NCBI RefSeq assembly: GCF_024494595.1
Contig: NZ_JANHDI010000008.1
Location: 145,527 to 185,526 of the forward strand
Direction of reading: 5' to 3'
Length of the DNA stretch: 40,000 nt
From: Halobellus rarus
GTDB taxonomy: Archaea > Halobacteriota > Halobacteria > Halobacteriales > Haloferacaceae
Below, piece after piece: positions 15,845-25,391 of the stretch (position 1 is its first letter; each line of letters opens with the position of its first letter). The notes beneath the pieces were generated by a model. The model had not been told where the DNA came from, ran no database searches, and saw only the letters and a program-made list of their open reading frames with translations. A program made the translations under genes and the position numbers.

Positions 15845-16503
15845 ATCTGATGTCTCGCAGTAACGGCCCTTGAACGTTGGTGCCGAGCGTTTATGTACGG
15901 TGGTGCAGGGCGCTAACACCTCGCCATTCACGGCGGGGATACAGCGCCCGTCATCAGCTACTTTCACTGTGCGCCGAAGGTTCAGGTCCCATCGGTTCGT
16001 TTGGGTGGATGTGCGTGGAAAACTGGCAGTTGACTCGGTGTTTACCTCACCAAAATGTAAGCCGCCCACGCCGACTGTCGGTAAACAACTAGGTAACTCG
16101 AAGCCCCGTGCGGGTACGAGTATCAGCTTCGTGGCAACGCCAGCAGCTGACAGTCCACGAACCGTAGATTCCCACCCAGCCGAATTGACGGGAGTAACAT
16201 AAGAACCTCGGGAAGCGTCGCTCTTCAGAGCGGCGAGGATGTCACATTTCACCGCTGGACCACAGGGTATGAAAACGAGTACGAACCACCCAGAGACTCG
16301 ACGGATTTGGCCTCACTCGAACACGACTTGAGGCGTTCGACTGTCGGCTGTCGCCCATCGAGAACGTATCCAATGCGTTCTGCAACCTCTTCGATGGGAA
16401 TCGACGCCGTCTCCTCGACGCGGCAGGTCATCGATAATAGATGAAACGGACGGAATTTCGGTACAATGTCCGTCTGTGTCAACGGCCCTGCCCTGACGCT
16501 CGC

Positions 16504-17280
16504 TTACGTGATGCCAAATGCCCGGACGGCGTCGGCTGAGATAGTCACACCCGAATCGGAGTACGTGACAGAATGGCCGGTCACATCCTCGATGAGAGCC
16601 GCGACATCACGGAAATACGAGGGTGGTCGTGAACTCTGAATGCGACGTGTGGCTTTCCCCTCGTATCCGATTCCGCGCTCCCGGACGAGTAACTCTGCAC
16701 TATCGGCCCGTACCGAGGGGGGTGCGGTTTTGACCCAGTTGGGAAGCCCAGTAACGGTCTTGGCTGTCTTCCCGCCAATCGGCGCACCCGCGGCGAGGAG
16801 TGTCCGTCCGAGAACACTAGAATGCGCTCGAGGCCACAACTCGGGGGTTCGACCGTCGGCCTCAAGCCGATACCCGACGCCCGCCGTTTCGAGTGCGCGC
16901 TCGATCTGTGAGCGCCCAACCGTCGTTGCGGGCGTCCACGATGGCCGTCGTCCGGCTGTATCGATGCTCCCGCACGCGAAGATAGCAATACAGAGCTGAC
17001 TGAGCGCCCGTATCTCGGCAGTCCATTCATCGGATAGCCAACCGAGATCTGTTGCGATGTCGATCGCGTGGACGCAGTCCGGTTTGGATCCATCGAGCCA
17101 CGGTCGAACCCGACTGCGAGGGATTTCGAGACGCCGAGCGACGTTCGTGCTGCTGGTGTCAGGACCGAACTGCATCGCTTGCCGGTACTGCTCGACGATG
17201 TCGTAGGCGTCCGCGACAGAGGGGTGTGAATAGGTGCGGGCGAGCTTTGATTCGTCAAATAAGACTCCCATCCTGTTCAC
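16504..17280 (-). CDS. Hypothetical protein with N-terminal HTH; possible degenerate LAGLIDADG-like core
   Basis: 258 aa. The HTH-like segment is TSSTNVARRLEIPRSRVRPWLDGSKP. The segment LSQLCIAIFACGSID loosely resembles a LAGLIDADG-type helix. The fold assignment is speculative. Confidence 0.5.
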   Translation of the reverse strand: MNRMGVLFDESKLARTYSHPSVADAYDIVEQYRQAMQFGPDTSSTNVARRLEIPRSRVRPWLDGSKPDCVHAIDIATDLGWLSDEWTAEIRALSQLCIAIFACGSIDTAGRRPSWTPATTVGRSQIERALETAGVGYRLEADGRTPELWPRAHSSVLGRTLLAAGAPIGGKTAKTVTGLPNWVKTAPPSVRADSAELLVRERGIGYEGKATRRIQSSRPPSYFRDVAALIEDVTGHSVTYSDSGVTISADAVRAFGIT

Positions 17281-17349
17281 ACGTCCGAGATTACGTATTT
17301 CTCATAGCGTCCACAAAAGATAGTCGAAGAATGGCTTTCGAGCGGCGTT

Positions 17350-17784
17350 TTAGATTGTGTACGTACTGTCGTGGATGACAGTCCGTTCCTCGCCGTCAGC
17401 TCCGACAGCCGTTACGATAACCTGTATCTCGTTATCACTGCCATCAGCACCAGAGTTTTCCTCGAACTTCGCACTATTTCCCACTTGATCGAGCACAGTT
17501 GAATTTTGAGCCTCCGTATTCTCAGAGACAGCCTCTCCGCTCACATTGACCTCGAGGTGGTCCGCGTTGCTGTTACTGTTCCAGGTAACCGTGACCTCCC
17601 CCGGGTCGCCGTTGTCTGACTGAACGGTGGCTCCAGCCTGGACGCCCGTCGAAAGATTACCACCGAGATTCAGTACGAAAGTACCGATCACGGCGGCGAG
17701 AATCACAGTTATGGCCACCATAAGGATGACCCCGATAACTGGCGATACTGCTCTGTCGTCTGTGAATAGGTTGCGTAATTCCAT
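17350..17784 (-). CDS. Archaeal type IV pilin-like protein (class III signal peptide, DUF1628-type N-terminus)
   Basis: 144 aa. [38 protein letters not shown] is the canonical archaeal prepilin signal plus hydrophobic helix. N-x-S/T sequons occur in the globular part. Confidence 0.85.
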   Translation of the reverse strand: MELRNLFTDDRAVSPVIGVILMVAITVILAAVIGTFVLNLGGNLSTGVQAGATVQSDNGDPGEVTVTWNSNSNADHLEVNVSGEAVSENTEAQNSTVLDQVGNSAKFEENSGADGSDNEIQVIVTAVGADGEERTVIHDSTYTI

Positions 17785-18539
17785 TGTTTGTACGACACGA
17801 TCAGGGTGAAAGCTGACTCCCCATCAGCCCCCCAGTGTGTCTACTTGAAAGGATACACTCACCCTTAATAAACCTCAGCATCAAAATATCAATTCTTAGA
17901 ACTGAGTTAAGCACTTCTGAACTGTGAATACACAATGAAAACGTCGGGCGAAGAGTGGGGAGTAGCCACGACGTCAAACTCGTGCCGTACATGAACCTCT
18001 GCTGGCTGCGAGGTCCATCGGTCTCTTTGGTGGCTGACAGTATAGGTGTTCTGTATGCGCAAATTGATACTGCACTTTCCAACTGGGTTTGAACTCGTGT
18101 GTACGCACGCTGTCTTGATGGTTTAAGCATCGGATATTGTACTCCGCTGAATAGCGATCTAATCAGCCAATATCACTGGCTTAGACGAATAAACCGAGGA
18201 ATTTGACTTGTCCTCTTCCGTTTAGATCAAACTGTGACCAGTTGAGTGAGCAATCCGACCGCCCAAATTAGCAGTCCAAAAACGAGGAGATACGTTATCG
18301 GCTCATATTCACTGACAATAGGATTCTCTTCGTACCGCACTAATCCGAACAGGTTAGTCAGTAATAGAATACCCACACCAATAAGCTGTAATACTGCACC
18401 AGCCGTTAACCGTCAATTCCAACCTGGATCAATAATAAGATTCTGACAAAAAAGAAACAGATAGCGACTAATCTGGAGGGATGTATTTACGTCAATTTAA
18501 CGGGCACACATAAAACCGAAAATCAGCGATCGATCGCCG

Positions 18540-19754
18540 TTACCGGAGTCGCGCGGCGATCAGCTCTTCGAGATCGTCGCGGAACTCGTCGACGGCGATC
18601 TCCTCGAGGACGGGCACGAAGAAGCCCTCGACGAGCATGTTGCGCGCCTGCTGGTCCGGGATCGACCGCGACACCATGTAGAACAGGTCCTCCTGGTCGA
18701 CCTGCCCGACCGTCGCCGAGTGCGACGCCTCGGTGTCGTGGTTGTGGATGATCAGCTTCGGCGACGCGTCGGCCTCGCTCTCGTCGGAGAGCATCAGCGT
18801 GTTCTCGCGCTGGTACGAGGAGGTGTTCCACGCGTCGCGGCCGACGTCCTGGACGCCCTCGTACACCGAGCGCGCCTGGTCGTCGAGGACGCCGCGGGTG
18901 ACGAGGTCCGCCGTCGTGTTCTCGGCCTCGTGCCAGACGCGCGCGTTGACGTCGAAGTGCTGGCCGCCGTGGCCGAAGAACGCGCCGACGATCTTCGTCT
19001 CCGCGGAGTCGCCGTTGAGTTCGGACTCAACGTCCGAGCGAGTGAGCCGGGACCCGAGGTTCCCCTCGATCCAGTTCACCGTGGCGTAGGTGCCGACGTC
19101 GGCCCGCTTGAGGGTGTAGCTGTAGGTGTCCTCTTCGAGGTTCTGCAGCGACCCGTACTGCACGTAAGAGTTCTCGCCCGCGTCGATCTCGACGAGATTC
19201 GAGAAGTACCGGGCGTCGGCGTCGCTCTCGGCACCGGATTCGATGCTTTCCAGAATCGTCACCGACGAGGACTTCTCGGTGACGACGAGCGTGTGACTGA
19301 ACAGCGAGCGGGAGTTCATCTCCGCGCGGATCGTCACGTCCTCGGCGTCGACGCCCTCGGGGACGTAGACGACGGTGCCGGTGGTGAACAGCGCGGCAGA
19401 CAGCGCCGTGAGGTAGTTCTCCTGAGGATCGATCGTCGACCCGAACGCGGACTCGACGAGGTCGGGGTGCTCTTCGAGCGCTTCGACGAACGTGAGGACT
19501 TCGACGCCCTCGTCGGACGTCCGCTCGGTCTCGTCAGCCTGGTCGAGCGGGTCGACCAGCGACTCGAAATCGAGCGCCTCGAGGTTCGTCCAGCGCCGGC
19601 CGGGCGTCTGGATAACGTCCGGCAGGTCGAGCGTTTCGAGCGCGTCGAGCGCGTCGAGTCGCGCCTCGAGCAGCCAGTCGGGCTCGTCCCGACTCTTGGA
19701 GATCTCTCGAACCGTCTCCGTCGACAGGTTCGCGGGAAGTTGTGCGCTGCTCAT
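18540..19754 (-). CDS. sufD: Fe-S cluster assembly protein SufD
   Basis: 404 aa. It lies directly downstream of sufB (sufB stop at 19756-19758, sufD ATG at 19754). It has a SufB/D-family C-terminal beta-helix region. Confidence 0.85.
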   Translation of the reverse strand: MSSAQLPANLSTETVREISKSRDEPDWLLEARLDALDALETLDLPDVIQTPGRRWTNLEALDFESLVDPLDQADETERTSDEGVEVLTFVEALEEHPDLVESAFGSTIDPQENYLTALSAALFTTGTVVYVPEGVDAEDVTIRAEMNSRSLFSHTLVVTEKSSSVTILESIESGAESDADARYFSNLVEIDAGENSYVQYGSLQNLEEDTYSYTLKRADVGTYATVNWIEGNLGSRLTRSDVESELNGDSAETKIVGAFFGHGGQHFDVNARVWHEAENTTADLVTRGVLDDQARSVYEGVQDVGRDAWNTSSYQRENTLMLSDESEADASPKLIIHNHDTEASHSATVGQVDQEDLFYMVSRSIPDQQARNMLVEGFFVPVLEEIAVDEFRDDLEELIAARLR

Positions 19755-19755
19755 A

Positions 19756-21186
19756 CTATCCGAGGCTCCCCTCCATCTCGAGCTCGACGAGGCGGTTGAG
19801 TTCGACCGCGTACTCGATCGGTAGCTCTTCGGTGATCGGCTCGATGAAGCCCGAGACGATCATCTGTTTCGCGTCGTCGTCGTCGAGGCCGCGCGACTGG
19901 AGGTAGAAGATGTCCTCGTCGCCGATCTTTCCGACCGTCGCCTCGTGGGCGACGTCGACCTTCGACTCGTTGATCTCCATGTACGGCATCGTGTCCGACG
20001 TCGACTCGTTGTCGAACATCAGCGCGTCGCACTCGACCGACGTCGAGGAGTTCTCCGCGCCGTCGGCGATGTGGACGAGGCCGCGATAGTTCGTGCGGCC
20101 GCCGTCCTTCGAGATCGACTTCGACTCGATCGTCGACTTCGTGTCGGGCGCGTTGTGGTAGACCTTCGCACCGGTGTCGATGTTTTGGCCCTCGCCCGCG
20201 AAGGCGATGGTGATGTGGTTGTCGGAGGCACCGGGCCCTTTCAGCACGGTCGACGGGTAGAGCATCGTCGCCTTCGAGCCCATCGACCCGGAGATCCACT
20301 CCATCCGGCCGCCGGCCTCGACGAGCGCGCGCTTGGTGTTGAGGTTGTAGGTGTTCTTCGACCAGTTCTGCACCGTCGAGTACTGGACGTGGGCGTCCTC
20401 GCCGACGAACACTTCGACGCCGCCGGAGTGGAGGTTGAACGCAGAGTACTTCGGGGCCGAACAGCCCTCGATGTAGTGGACCTCCGCGCCGTCCTCGGCG
20501 ACGATGAGTGTGTGCTCGAACTGGCCCATCCCTTCCGAGTTCATCCGGAAGTACGCCTGCACCGGCATCTCGACGGTGACGTCTTCGGGGACGTACACGA
20601 ACGAGCCGCCGGACCAGACCGCGCCGTGCAGCGCGGCGAACTTGTTGTCCGACGGGGGAACGCACTTCGTCATGAAGTGCTCTTTGACGATCTCTTCGTG
20701 CTCCTGGACTGCCTCGTCCATGTTGCAGAAGATGACGCCCTTCTCCTCCCAGCGCTCCTGCATGTTCTGGTAGACGACCTCGGACTCGTACTGCGCGCCG
20801 ACGCCGGAGAGCGCGTTCTTCTCGGCTTCCGGAATGCCGAGTTTGTCGAAGGTGTCTTTGATCTCGTCGGGGAGTTCGGTCCAGTCGTCGACGCCCGCGC
20901 GGACGTCGACGTCCGGCCGGATGTACGGGACGATCTCGGCGATGTCGACCTCCGAGAGGTCCGGCTGGCCGGGCCAGTCGGTCGGCATCGGCATCTCCTG
21001 GAACTGCTCTAAGGCTCGGAGCCGTCGGTTCAGCATCCACTCGGGCTCGCCTTTGTCCTCGGAGATGACGCGGACCGTCTCCTCCGTCAGGCCCTTTTCG
21101 GTCTGAAACGCCGAGGACTCCTCCTTCTTGAAGTCGAATCGGGCTTCCGTGTCCGTGTCTTTGAGGTGGTCTTGTTCGGAACTCAT
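19756..21186 (-). CDS. sufB: Fe-S cluster assembly protein SufB
   Basis: 476 aa. It is highly conserved SufB sequence (...GVIFCNMDEAVQEH..., ...HYIEGCSAP..., ...IGDEDIFYLQSRGL...). Confidence 0.95.
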   Translation of the reverse strand: MSSEQDHLKDTDTEARFDFKKEESSAFQTEKGLTEETVRVISEDKGEPEWMLNRRLRALEQFQEMPMPTDWPGQPDLSEVDIAEIVPYIRPDVDVRAGVDDWTELPDEIKDTFDKLGIPEAEKNALSGVGAQYESEVVYQNMQERWEEKGVIFCNMDEAVQEHEEIVKEHFMTKCVPPSDNKFAALHGAVWSGGSFVYVPEDVTVEMPVQAYFRMNSEGMGQFEHTLIVAEDGAEVHYIEGCSAPKYSAFNLHSGGVEVFVGEDAHVQYSTVQNWSKNTYNLNTKRALVEAGGRMEWISGSMGSKATMLYPSTVLKGPGASDNHITIAFAGEGQNIDTGAKVYHNAPDTKSTIESKSISKDGGRTNYRGLVHIADGAENSSTSVECDALMFDNESTSDTMPYMEINESKVDVAHEATVGKIGDEDIFYLQSRGLDDDDAKQMIVSGFIEPITEELPIEYAVELNRLVELEMEGSLG

Positions 21187-21244
21187 TGTTGGTAGTGTGT
21201 GTTTACGGTTCGTTGCTTATGAGGCTGTGCGTAACTGAACATAG

Positions 21245-22156
21245 TTACGCCGTCTCGTAGACTTCTTCGCGGACCCAGTCGTAGCCCTCGTCTTCGAGTT
21301 CCTCGGCGAGCGACGCGTCGCCGCTCTTCGCGATCTTGCCGTCGAGCATCACGTGGACGTGATCGGGCTCGACGTACTCGAGGATCCGCTGGTAGTGGGT
21401 GATCTGGAGGATGCCCGTGCCCTGCTCGTCGCGGAGGGCGTTGATCCCCTCGGAGACGTCCTGGAGTCGGTCGATGTCCAGTCCGGAGTCGATCTCGTCG
21501 AGGACGGCGATCGACGGTTCGAGGATGGCCGCCTGCAGCACCTCGTTCTGTTTCTTCTCGCCCCCGGAGAACCCGGCGTTGAGGTAGCGCTGCATGAACT
21601 TCTCGTCCATGTCGAGCAGCTCCATCTTCTCTTTGAGGAGCTGCTGGAACTCGGCGACGCCGACCTCGCCCTCGTCGACGGGGCCTTCCATCGGCGAATT
21701 CTCGTAGCCCTCGTCGTCCTCGTCGGCTTCCTCGGCGTCGTCGTCTTCGAAGAGTTCCTCGCGCTCTTCGATCTTGGCGTTGAGCGCCGTCCGCAGGAAG
21801 TTCGTCATCGTGACGCCCTCGATTTCCGCGGGGTACTGGAAGCCGAGGAAGATACCGAGCGCCGCGCGCTCGTTCGGCTCCAGTTCCAGAAGGTTCCAGG
21901 TGCGTTTGTCCGCGGGTATCTCGACGTCGTCGCCGAACTCGTCGTCTTCGAGGTGGAGGAGAACTTCCCCGTCCGTTACCTCGTAGGCGGGATGTCCGGC
22001 GATGATCTTCGCCGTCGTCGACTTCCCCGACCCGTTCGGTCCCATCAGGGCGTGGATCTCTCCGGAGTTGACCTCCAGGTCGACGCCACGAAGAATCTGT
22101 TCGCCGTCTTCCTCCGCCACGCTCGCGTGGAGGTTCTTGATTTCGAGTGTAGCCAT
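21245..22156 (-). CDS. sufC: Fe-S cluster assembly ATPase SufC
   Basis: The start was chosen at MATLEIKNLH. Walker A is GPNGSGKST, the signature is FSGGEKK and Walker B is AVLDEIDSGLD. An acidic insertion typical of haloarchaeal SufC is present. A TATA-like TTTTAG lies ~23 nt upstream of this ATG. Confidence 0.9.
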   Translation of the reverse strand: MATLEIKNLHASVAEEDGEQILRGVDLEVNSGEIHALMGPNGSGKSTTAKIIAGHPAYEVTDGEVLLHLEDDEFGDDVEIPADKRTWNLLELEPNERAALGIFLGFQYPAEIEGVTMTNFLRTALNAKIEEREELFEDDDAEEADEDDEGYENSPMEGPVDEGEVGVAEFQQLLKEKMELLDMDEKFMQRYLNAGFSGGEKKQNEVLQAAILEPSIAVLDEIDSGLDIDRLQDVSEGINALRDEQGTGILQITHYQRILEYVEPDHVHVMLDGKIAKSGDASLAEELEDEGYDWVREEVYETA

Positions 22157-22316
22157 CGTTGTTTCGTTGCCTCGTATCACTAAAATGGGCGCTTGCACCC
22201 ATAATGGTTACGCATTCCCCACCCGTCGCTTCACTGTGGGTAAAAATTATTTGTGTTTTGCGAAACCAATATCGGCTACGTCGCTGGCTCGGCGGGTACG
22301 GGGTGTCCGAGACAGC

Positions 22317-25055
22317 TCACACGAAACTGCCGAGCCCGGTCTGCTCCTGCCCGGACTTCACCTCGTCCCACGACATCCCGAGCGCCTCGATGATGCGAGC
22401 GATCGGACCTTTGAGGGTCTTCTCTAACATCTTGTCCCAGTCGACCTCGAAGGCCTCGGGGAGCTGGTCGTCGTACTCGATGCAGATGACGTCTGGATCG
22501 CGCTTGAACTCGCCGTACAGGGCGTCGCGCTGGGGATCGAAGCCCTCCTCGCTCTCCATCTTTCGGAACCACGAGGGGTGGACCTTCCGGAGGTAGAGCC
22601 GCTTCGGCTTCGATCCGCGGCCGAAGTTCGTCCCGAGGAATTCGTTGGCGTACTTCGCGCCGCGGACCTGCGCCGTCGCCGTGTCGTAGGCGTCCAGTCG
22701 CTTGCCGATGCCGCCGGGAATGCCGATGTCTTCGACGGGTACCTCGCCGGTCTCGAAGTCCTCGATGATCCCGTTGAGGTAGTCGGCGATCTCCTCGTTG
22801 TCCTCGCCGTAGACGATCATCTCGATGACGCGCTTCTGCACCTCCTTGGTGATCGGCGCGATGTCCGAGCGCTTGTACTCGAAGCCCGTGATGTCGATGT
22901 CGTCGACGTCCTTACCCTCCTTCCAGACGATGTGACCGGCGTAGCGCTTCTTTTTGCCCGCCTGGAAGAACCGGCGATACAGCTTCTCGAACTCGATCTG
23001 GAAGCGGTGGTGTTCCGCGTCCAGTTCCCGAAGGGCGAACTCGTCGTAGGAGTCGTTGATGTGATCCTCCAACTCGAAGGACTGCTCGATGGCCTCCTCC
23101 TTGGAGACGTCGCCGCCGAGTTCCAACATGACCGAGTCGGTGTCTCCATAGATGATACGTTTGCCGAGTTCGTTCGCGGACTCGGCTGTGTACTCGATCA
23201 CGTCACGGCCCGTTGAAGTGACGGCAGCGCCCATTTCCTTGTCGTATAGCCGGAAGCGATCCCACCCCAAAACGCCGTACAACGAATTCATAATAACCTT
23301 GACAGCTCCTTGCTGTCGATCGTACTGCTCGTACGCCGCGGTGTCGGGATCGTTCTCGTTTCGCAGCGACTTCTTCTCCTCGCGCTCTGCGAGCAGGTCG
23401 TCGATCATCTCGCGGATGATCCCGTCCGGTTCGCGCCGAAAGTGCGTCCCGTTCGGGGCCTTGAACGTGTCGCCGTCGTACTCCTCGGGGTCGACCTTCG
23501 TCTCCGGCGACGCGTTGATCGTCACCATACACATCGGATAGAGACTCTTGAGGTCGAGCACCGTCACGTTCTCTTTGACCCCGGTGATCGGATCGAAGAC
23601 CGCCCCGCCCTCGTAGTCCTCGGCGTTGGCCTGTCCCTTCGAGGGGAGGGCGAAGCGGCCGTGGGCCTCGTGGAGGATGTACACGTCGACGGTGTCGCCG
23701 GGCGTCGTCGCGTCCTCCAGTTTACAGCCGACGAACGTGCGCACCTCGTCCCAGAAGGCGATGACGTCCTGTTTGCGGTCGATCTCGACGCAGAGTTCCA
23801 CGTCGCGGACGTTGTACTCTAAGAGACGCTCCGGTTCCTGCTCCCAGAGGTCGCCGATGTCGCCGGCGTAGCGCTCCTTTCCCACATCCAGTTCGAGTTC
23901 GCCGACGGCGTCGAGTCTGTACGATTCGAGTTCGGAGAACTGGGTTCGCTTGTAGGCGTACAGCAGGTCGAAGACGACGCGGCCCTTCACGTTGGGGCCG
24001 CCCCACCCGCTGCGCCAGACCTCGTCGATCCGGGAGAAGCGCTCGGGGCTGAGGTCGTACTCGGAGGTGGGATCCAGTAGCTCCATCCGGTCGAGGAGGT
24101 ACGGCATATCGAAGTCCTCGAAGTTCCAGCCCGTCAGCACGTCCGCGTCGGTGTCTTCGATGTAGGTGACGAACGCGTCGAGCATCTCGTCTTCGCGCTC
24201 GAAGGAGCGGACGTCGACTTCGGTGTCGTCGCGGAGCGGTTCGTAGTCGGCGAGGTCGTCGGGGGAGTCGACGCCCTCGCCCGCCTCGGGGGCGTCGTAG
24301 AGCCACGCGACGTACTCGTCTCGGTAGGAGTCGTGGCTGGTGAGACAGACGATCGGTTCCTCGCCCTCCTCGGGGAAGCCCGAGCGGTCGTCGACCTCGA
24401 TGTCGAAGGTGTTCACGCGGAGGTCGGCCTCGACCGCGACGGGTTCGATCTCGTCGTGGGGGATCTGGATCGTGCTGTTCTCGTTGGTTCCCTCGCTCTC
24501 GTCGTCCGCTCCGAGTCGTCGGGCGGGGACGCGGATGCCGCTCTTGATGTCCTTGTCGATCAGCAGGCGGTTCGGAAAGAGGATGTCGGCCTCGTAGTGC
24601 TCGAACTCGTCGCGAATCTGCCCGACGTCCCGCGGCGTCTGCGTGCAGATCTTCGTGAGGTCGTCGCCGCGGATGCTCTCGAAGCCCTCCTCGGTGCGCG
24701 TGATTACCTCCTTGTCGAGTTTGTCGTCGTCGAGCGTCTCCGTCGGCGCGTAAAAGTAGGGCTCGAACCCGAGCACGCGGACGTGTTCGACCTCGTTCTC
24801 GCGGGTCCGACCGAACACGTGGAGGACGGGGTACTCGCGGTTGCCGCTCCCCTCGATGGAGTAGTTCACCTGCGTCACCATCAACTCGACCGTGCCGTCG
24901 GCGTCGGGAAAGCGGATGTCCTCGGCGTCGACGACCTCGGAGACGTGCTGGCTGCCGTTGCCGGCGACGGCGACCGCCTCCTCGTCGGGCCGGGAGCCCT
25001 CGGCGGCGTCGTCCTCGCCGCCGCTCCAGTTGTCCGTGAGCCCTGCCTGTTTCAT
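22317..25055 (-). CDS. polB: Family B DNA polymerase (PolB), no intein
   Basis: The exonuclease motif is NTFDIEVDD. The polymerase motifs are LDLKSLYPM, KVIMNSLYGVLG and IYGDTDSV. The start at 25055 (MKQAG...) is preferred because TTTTAC (plus 25079-25084) lies ~23 nt upstream. ATGs at 25094 and 25199 cannot be excluded. Confidence 0.9.
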   Translation of the reverse strand: MKQAGLTDNWSGGEDDAAEGSRPDEEAVAVAGNGSQHVSEVVDAEDIRFPDADGTVELMVTQVNYSIEGSGNREYPVLHVFGRTRENEVEHVRVLGFEPYFYAPTETLDDDKLDKEVITRTEEGFESIRGDDLTKICTQTPRDVGQIRDEFEHYEADILFPNRLLIDKDIKSGIRVPARRLGADDESEGTNENSTIQIPHDEIEPVAVEADLRVNTFDIEVDDRSGFPEEGEEPIVCLTSHDSYRDEYVAWLYDAPEAGEGVDSPDDLADYEPLRDDTEVDVRSFEREDEMLDAFVTYIEDTDADVLTGWNFEDFDMPYLLDRMELLDPTSEYDLSPERFSRIDEVWRSGWGGPNVKGRVVFDLLYAYKRTQFSELESYRLDAVGELELDVGKERYAGDIGDLWEQEPERLLEYNVRDVELCVEIDRKQDVIAFWDEVRTFVGCKLEDATTPGDTVDVYILHEAHGRFALPSKGQANAEDYEGGAVFDPITGVKENVTVLDLKSLYPMCMVTINASPETKVDPEEYDGDTFKAPNGTHFRREPDGIIREMIDDLLAEREEKKSLRNENDPDTAAYEQYDRQQGAVKVIMNSLYGVLGWDRFRLYDKEMGAAVTSTGRDVIEYTAESANELGKRIIYGDTDSVMLELGGDVSKEEAIEQSFELEDHINDSYDEFALRELDAEHHRFQIEFEKLYRRFFQAGKKKRYAGHIVWKEGKDVDDIDITGFEYKRSDIAPITKEVQKRVIEMIVYGEDNEEIADYLNGIIEDFETGEVPVEDIGIPGGIGKRLDAYDTATAQVRGAKYANEFLGTNFGRGSKPKRLYLRKVHPSWFRKMESEEGFDPQRDALYGEFKRDPDVICIEYDDQLPEAFEVDWDKMLEKTLKGPIARIIEALGMSWDEVKSGQEQTGLGSFV

Positions 25056-25078
25056 AGCGTCGCTTTCGGCATAGCCGA

Positions 25079-25084
25079 GTAAAA
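25079..25084 (-). promoter_or_regulatory. TATA-like box for polB (leaderless-type spacing)
   Basis: On the minus strand TTTTAC is followed by 23 nt and then the ATG at 25055. Confidence 0.35.
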
Positions 25085-25175
25085 GGTTCGGCATTACACC
25101 CGACCGACCCCGTTCGGCTCGCCCGCGCGGAAGTGTCGGTCGGGGGTGTATTGACCCGAGCACAAGACCTATACT

Positions 25176-25192
25176 GTGGTACAACATACCAC
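25176..25192. promoter_or_regulatory. Perfect palindrome GTGGTA-caaca-TACCAC between a TATA-like box and the start of the 25201 gene
   Basis: CTATAC lies at ~25169-25174, the palindrome at 25176-25192 and the ATG at 25201. Confidence 0.35.
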
Positions 25193-25200
25193 GATTCACG

Positions 25201-25389
25201 ATGGTCGACCCTGCAGACTCCGAGCGGACGGATCGGTCGCCAGCCGCGCCGGCGCGGATGGGCGAAGCGAGCGGACTCGCGGAGGTCGAGTCCTACGACG
25301 TCGACGGCGGGATCGTGTTCTACGATCCGCAGAACCCGCTCGCGTGGGTCGAAGCCTCGCAGACGGTGACGCTCACAGAGCACTGCTGA
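25201..25389 (+). CDS. Small conserved haloarchaeal protein of unknown function
   Basis: 62 aa and acidic. The motif VVFYDPQNPLAWVEAS resembles a small protein family I recall as widespread in Halobacteria. Confidence 0.55.
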   Translation: MVDPADSERTDRSPAAPARMGEASGLAEVESYDVDGGIVFYDPQNPLAWVEASQTVTLTEHC

Positions 25390-25391
25390 TA

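Noticed and set aside
15978-15990. T-loop-like AGGTTCAGGTCCC in the cetZ upstream region, considered as a tRNA or tRNA fragment (possible att site).
   Set aside because: I could not build acceptor, D or anticodon stems around it. No GGTTCGAATCC-type consensus is present.
14756-16252. N-terminal extensions of track ORFs: the 498-aa version of cetZ; 25176..25922; 25793..26494; 32686..33741; 33789..34502; and 22317..25199 for polB.
   Set aside because: The extensions are non-acidic or Arg-rich, sometimes overlap the neighbouring gene, and precede internal starts that match the conserved N-termini and have TATA-like boxes at leaderless spacing.
16249-16482. 77-aa ORF downstream of the 258-aa HTH gene.
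   Set aside because: It is not acidic, has no recognisable motif and has poor context. It is possibly a gene remnant.
18227-18376. 49-codon minus-strand ORF encoding hydrophobic segments (..GILLLTNLFGLVRYEENPIVSEYEPITYLLVFGLLIWAVGLLTQLVTV).
   Set aside because: The first hydrophobic helix is cut by an upstream in-frame TGA, and only a GTG in mid-helix is available as a start. It is probably a decayed small membrane-protein gene or a chance ORF.
18524-18537. 12-bp perfect palindrome GCGATCGATCGC just downstream of the sufD stop.
   Set aside because: It is a short self-complementary GATC-type sequence that could arise by chance. It has no T-run and I noticed no second copy.
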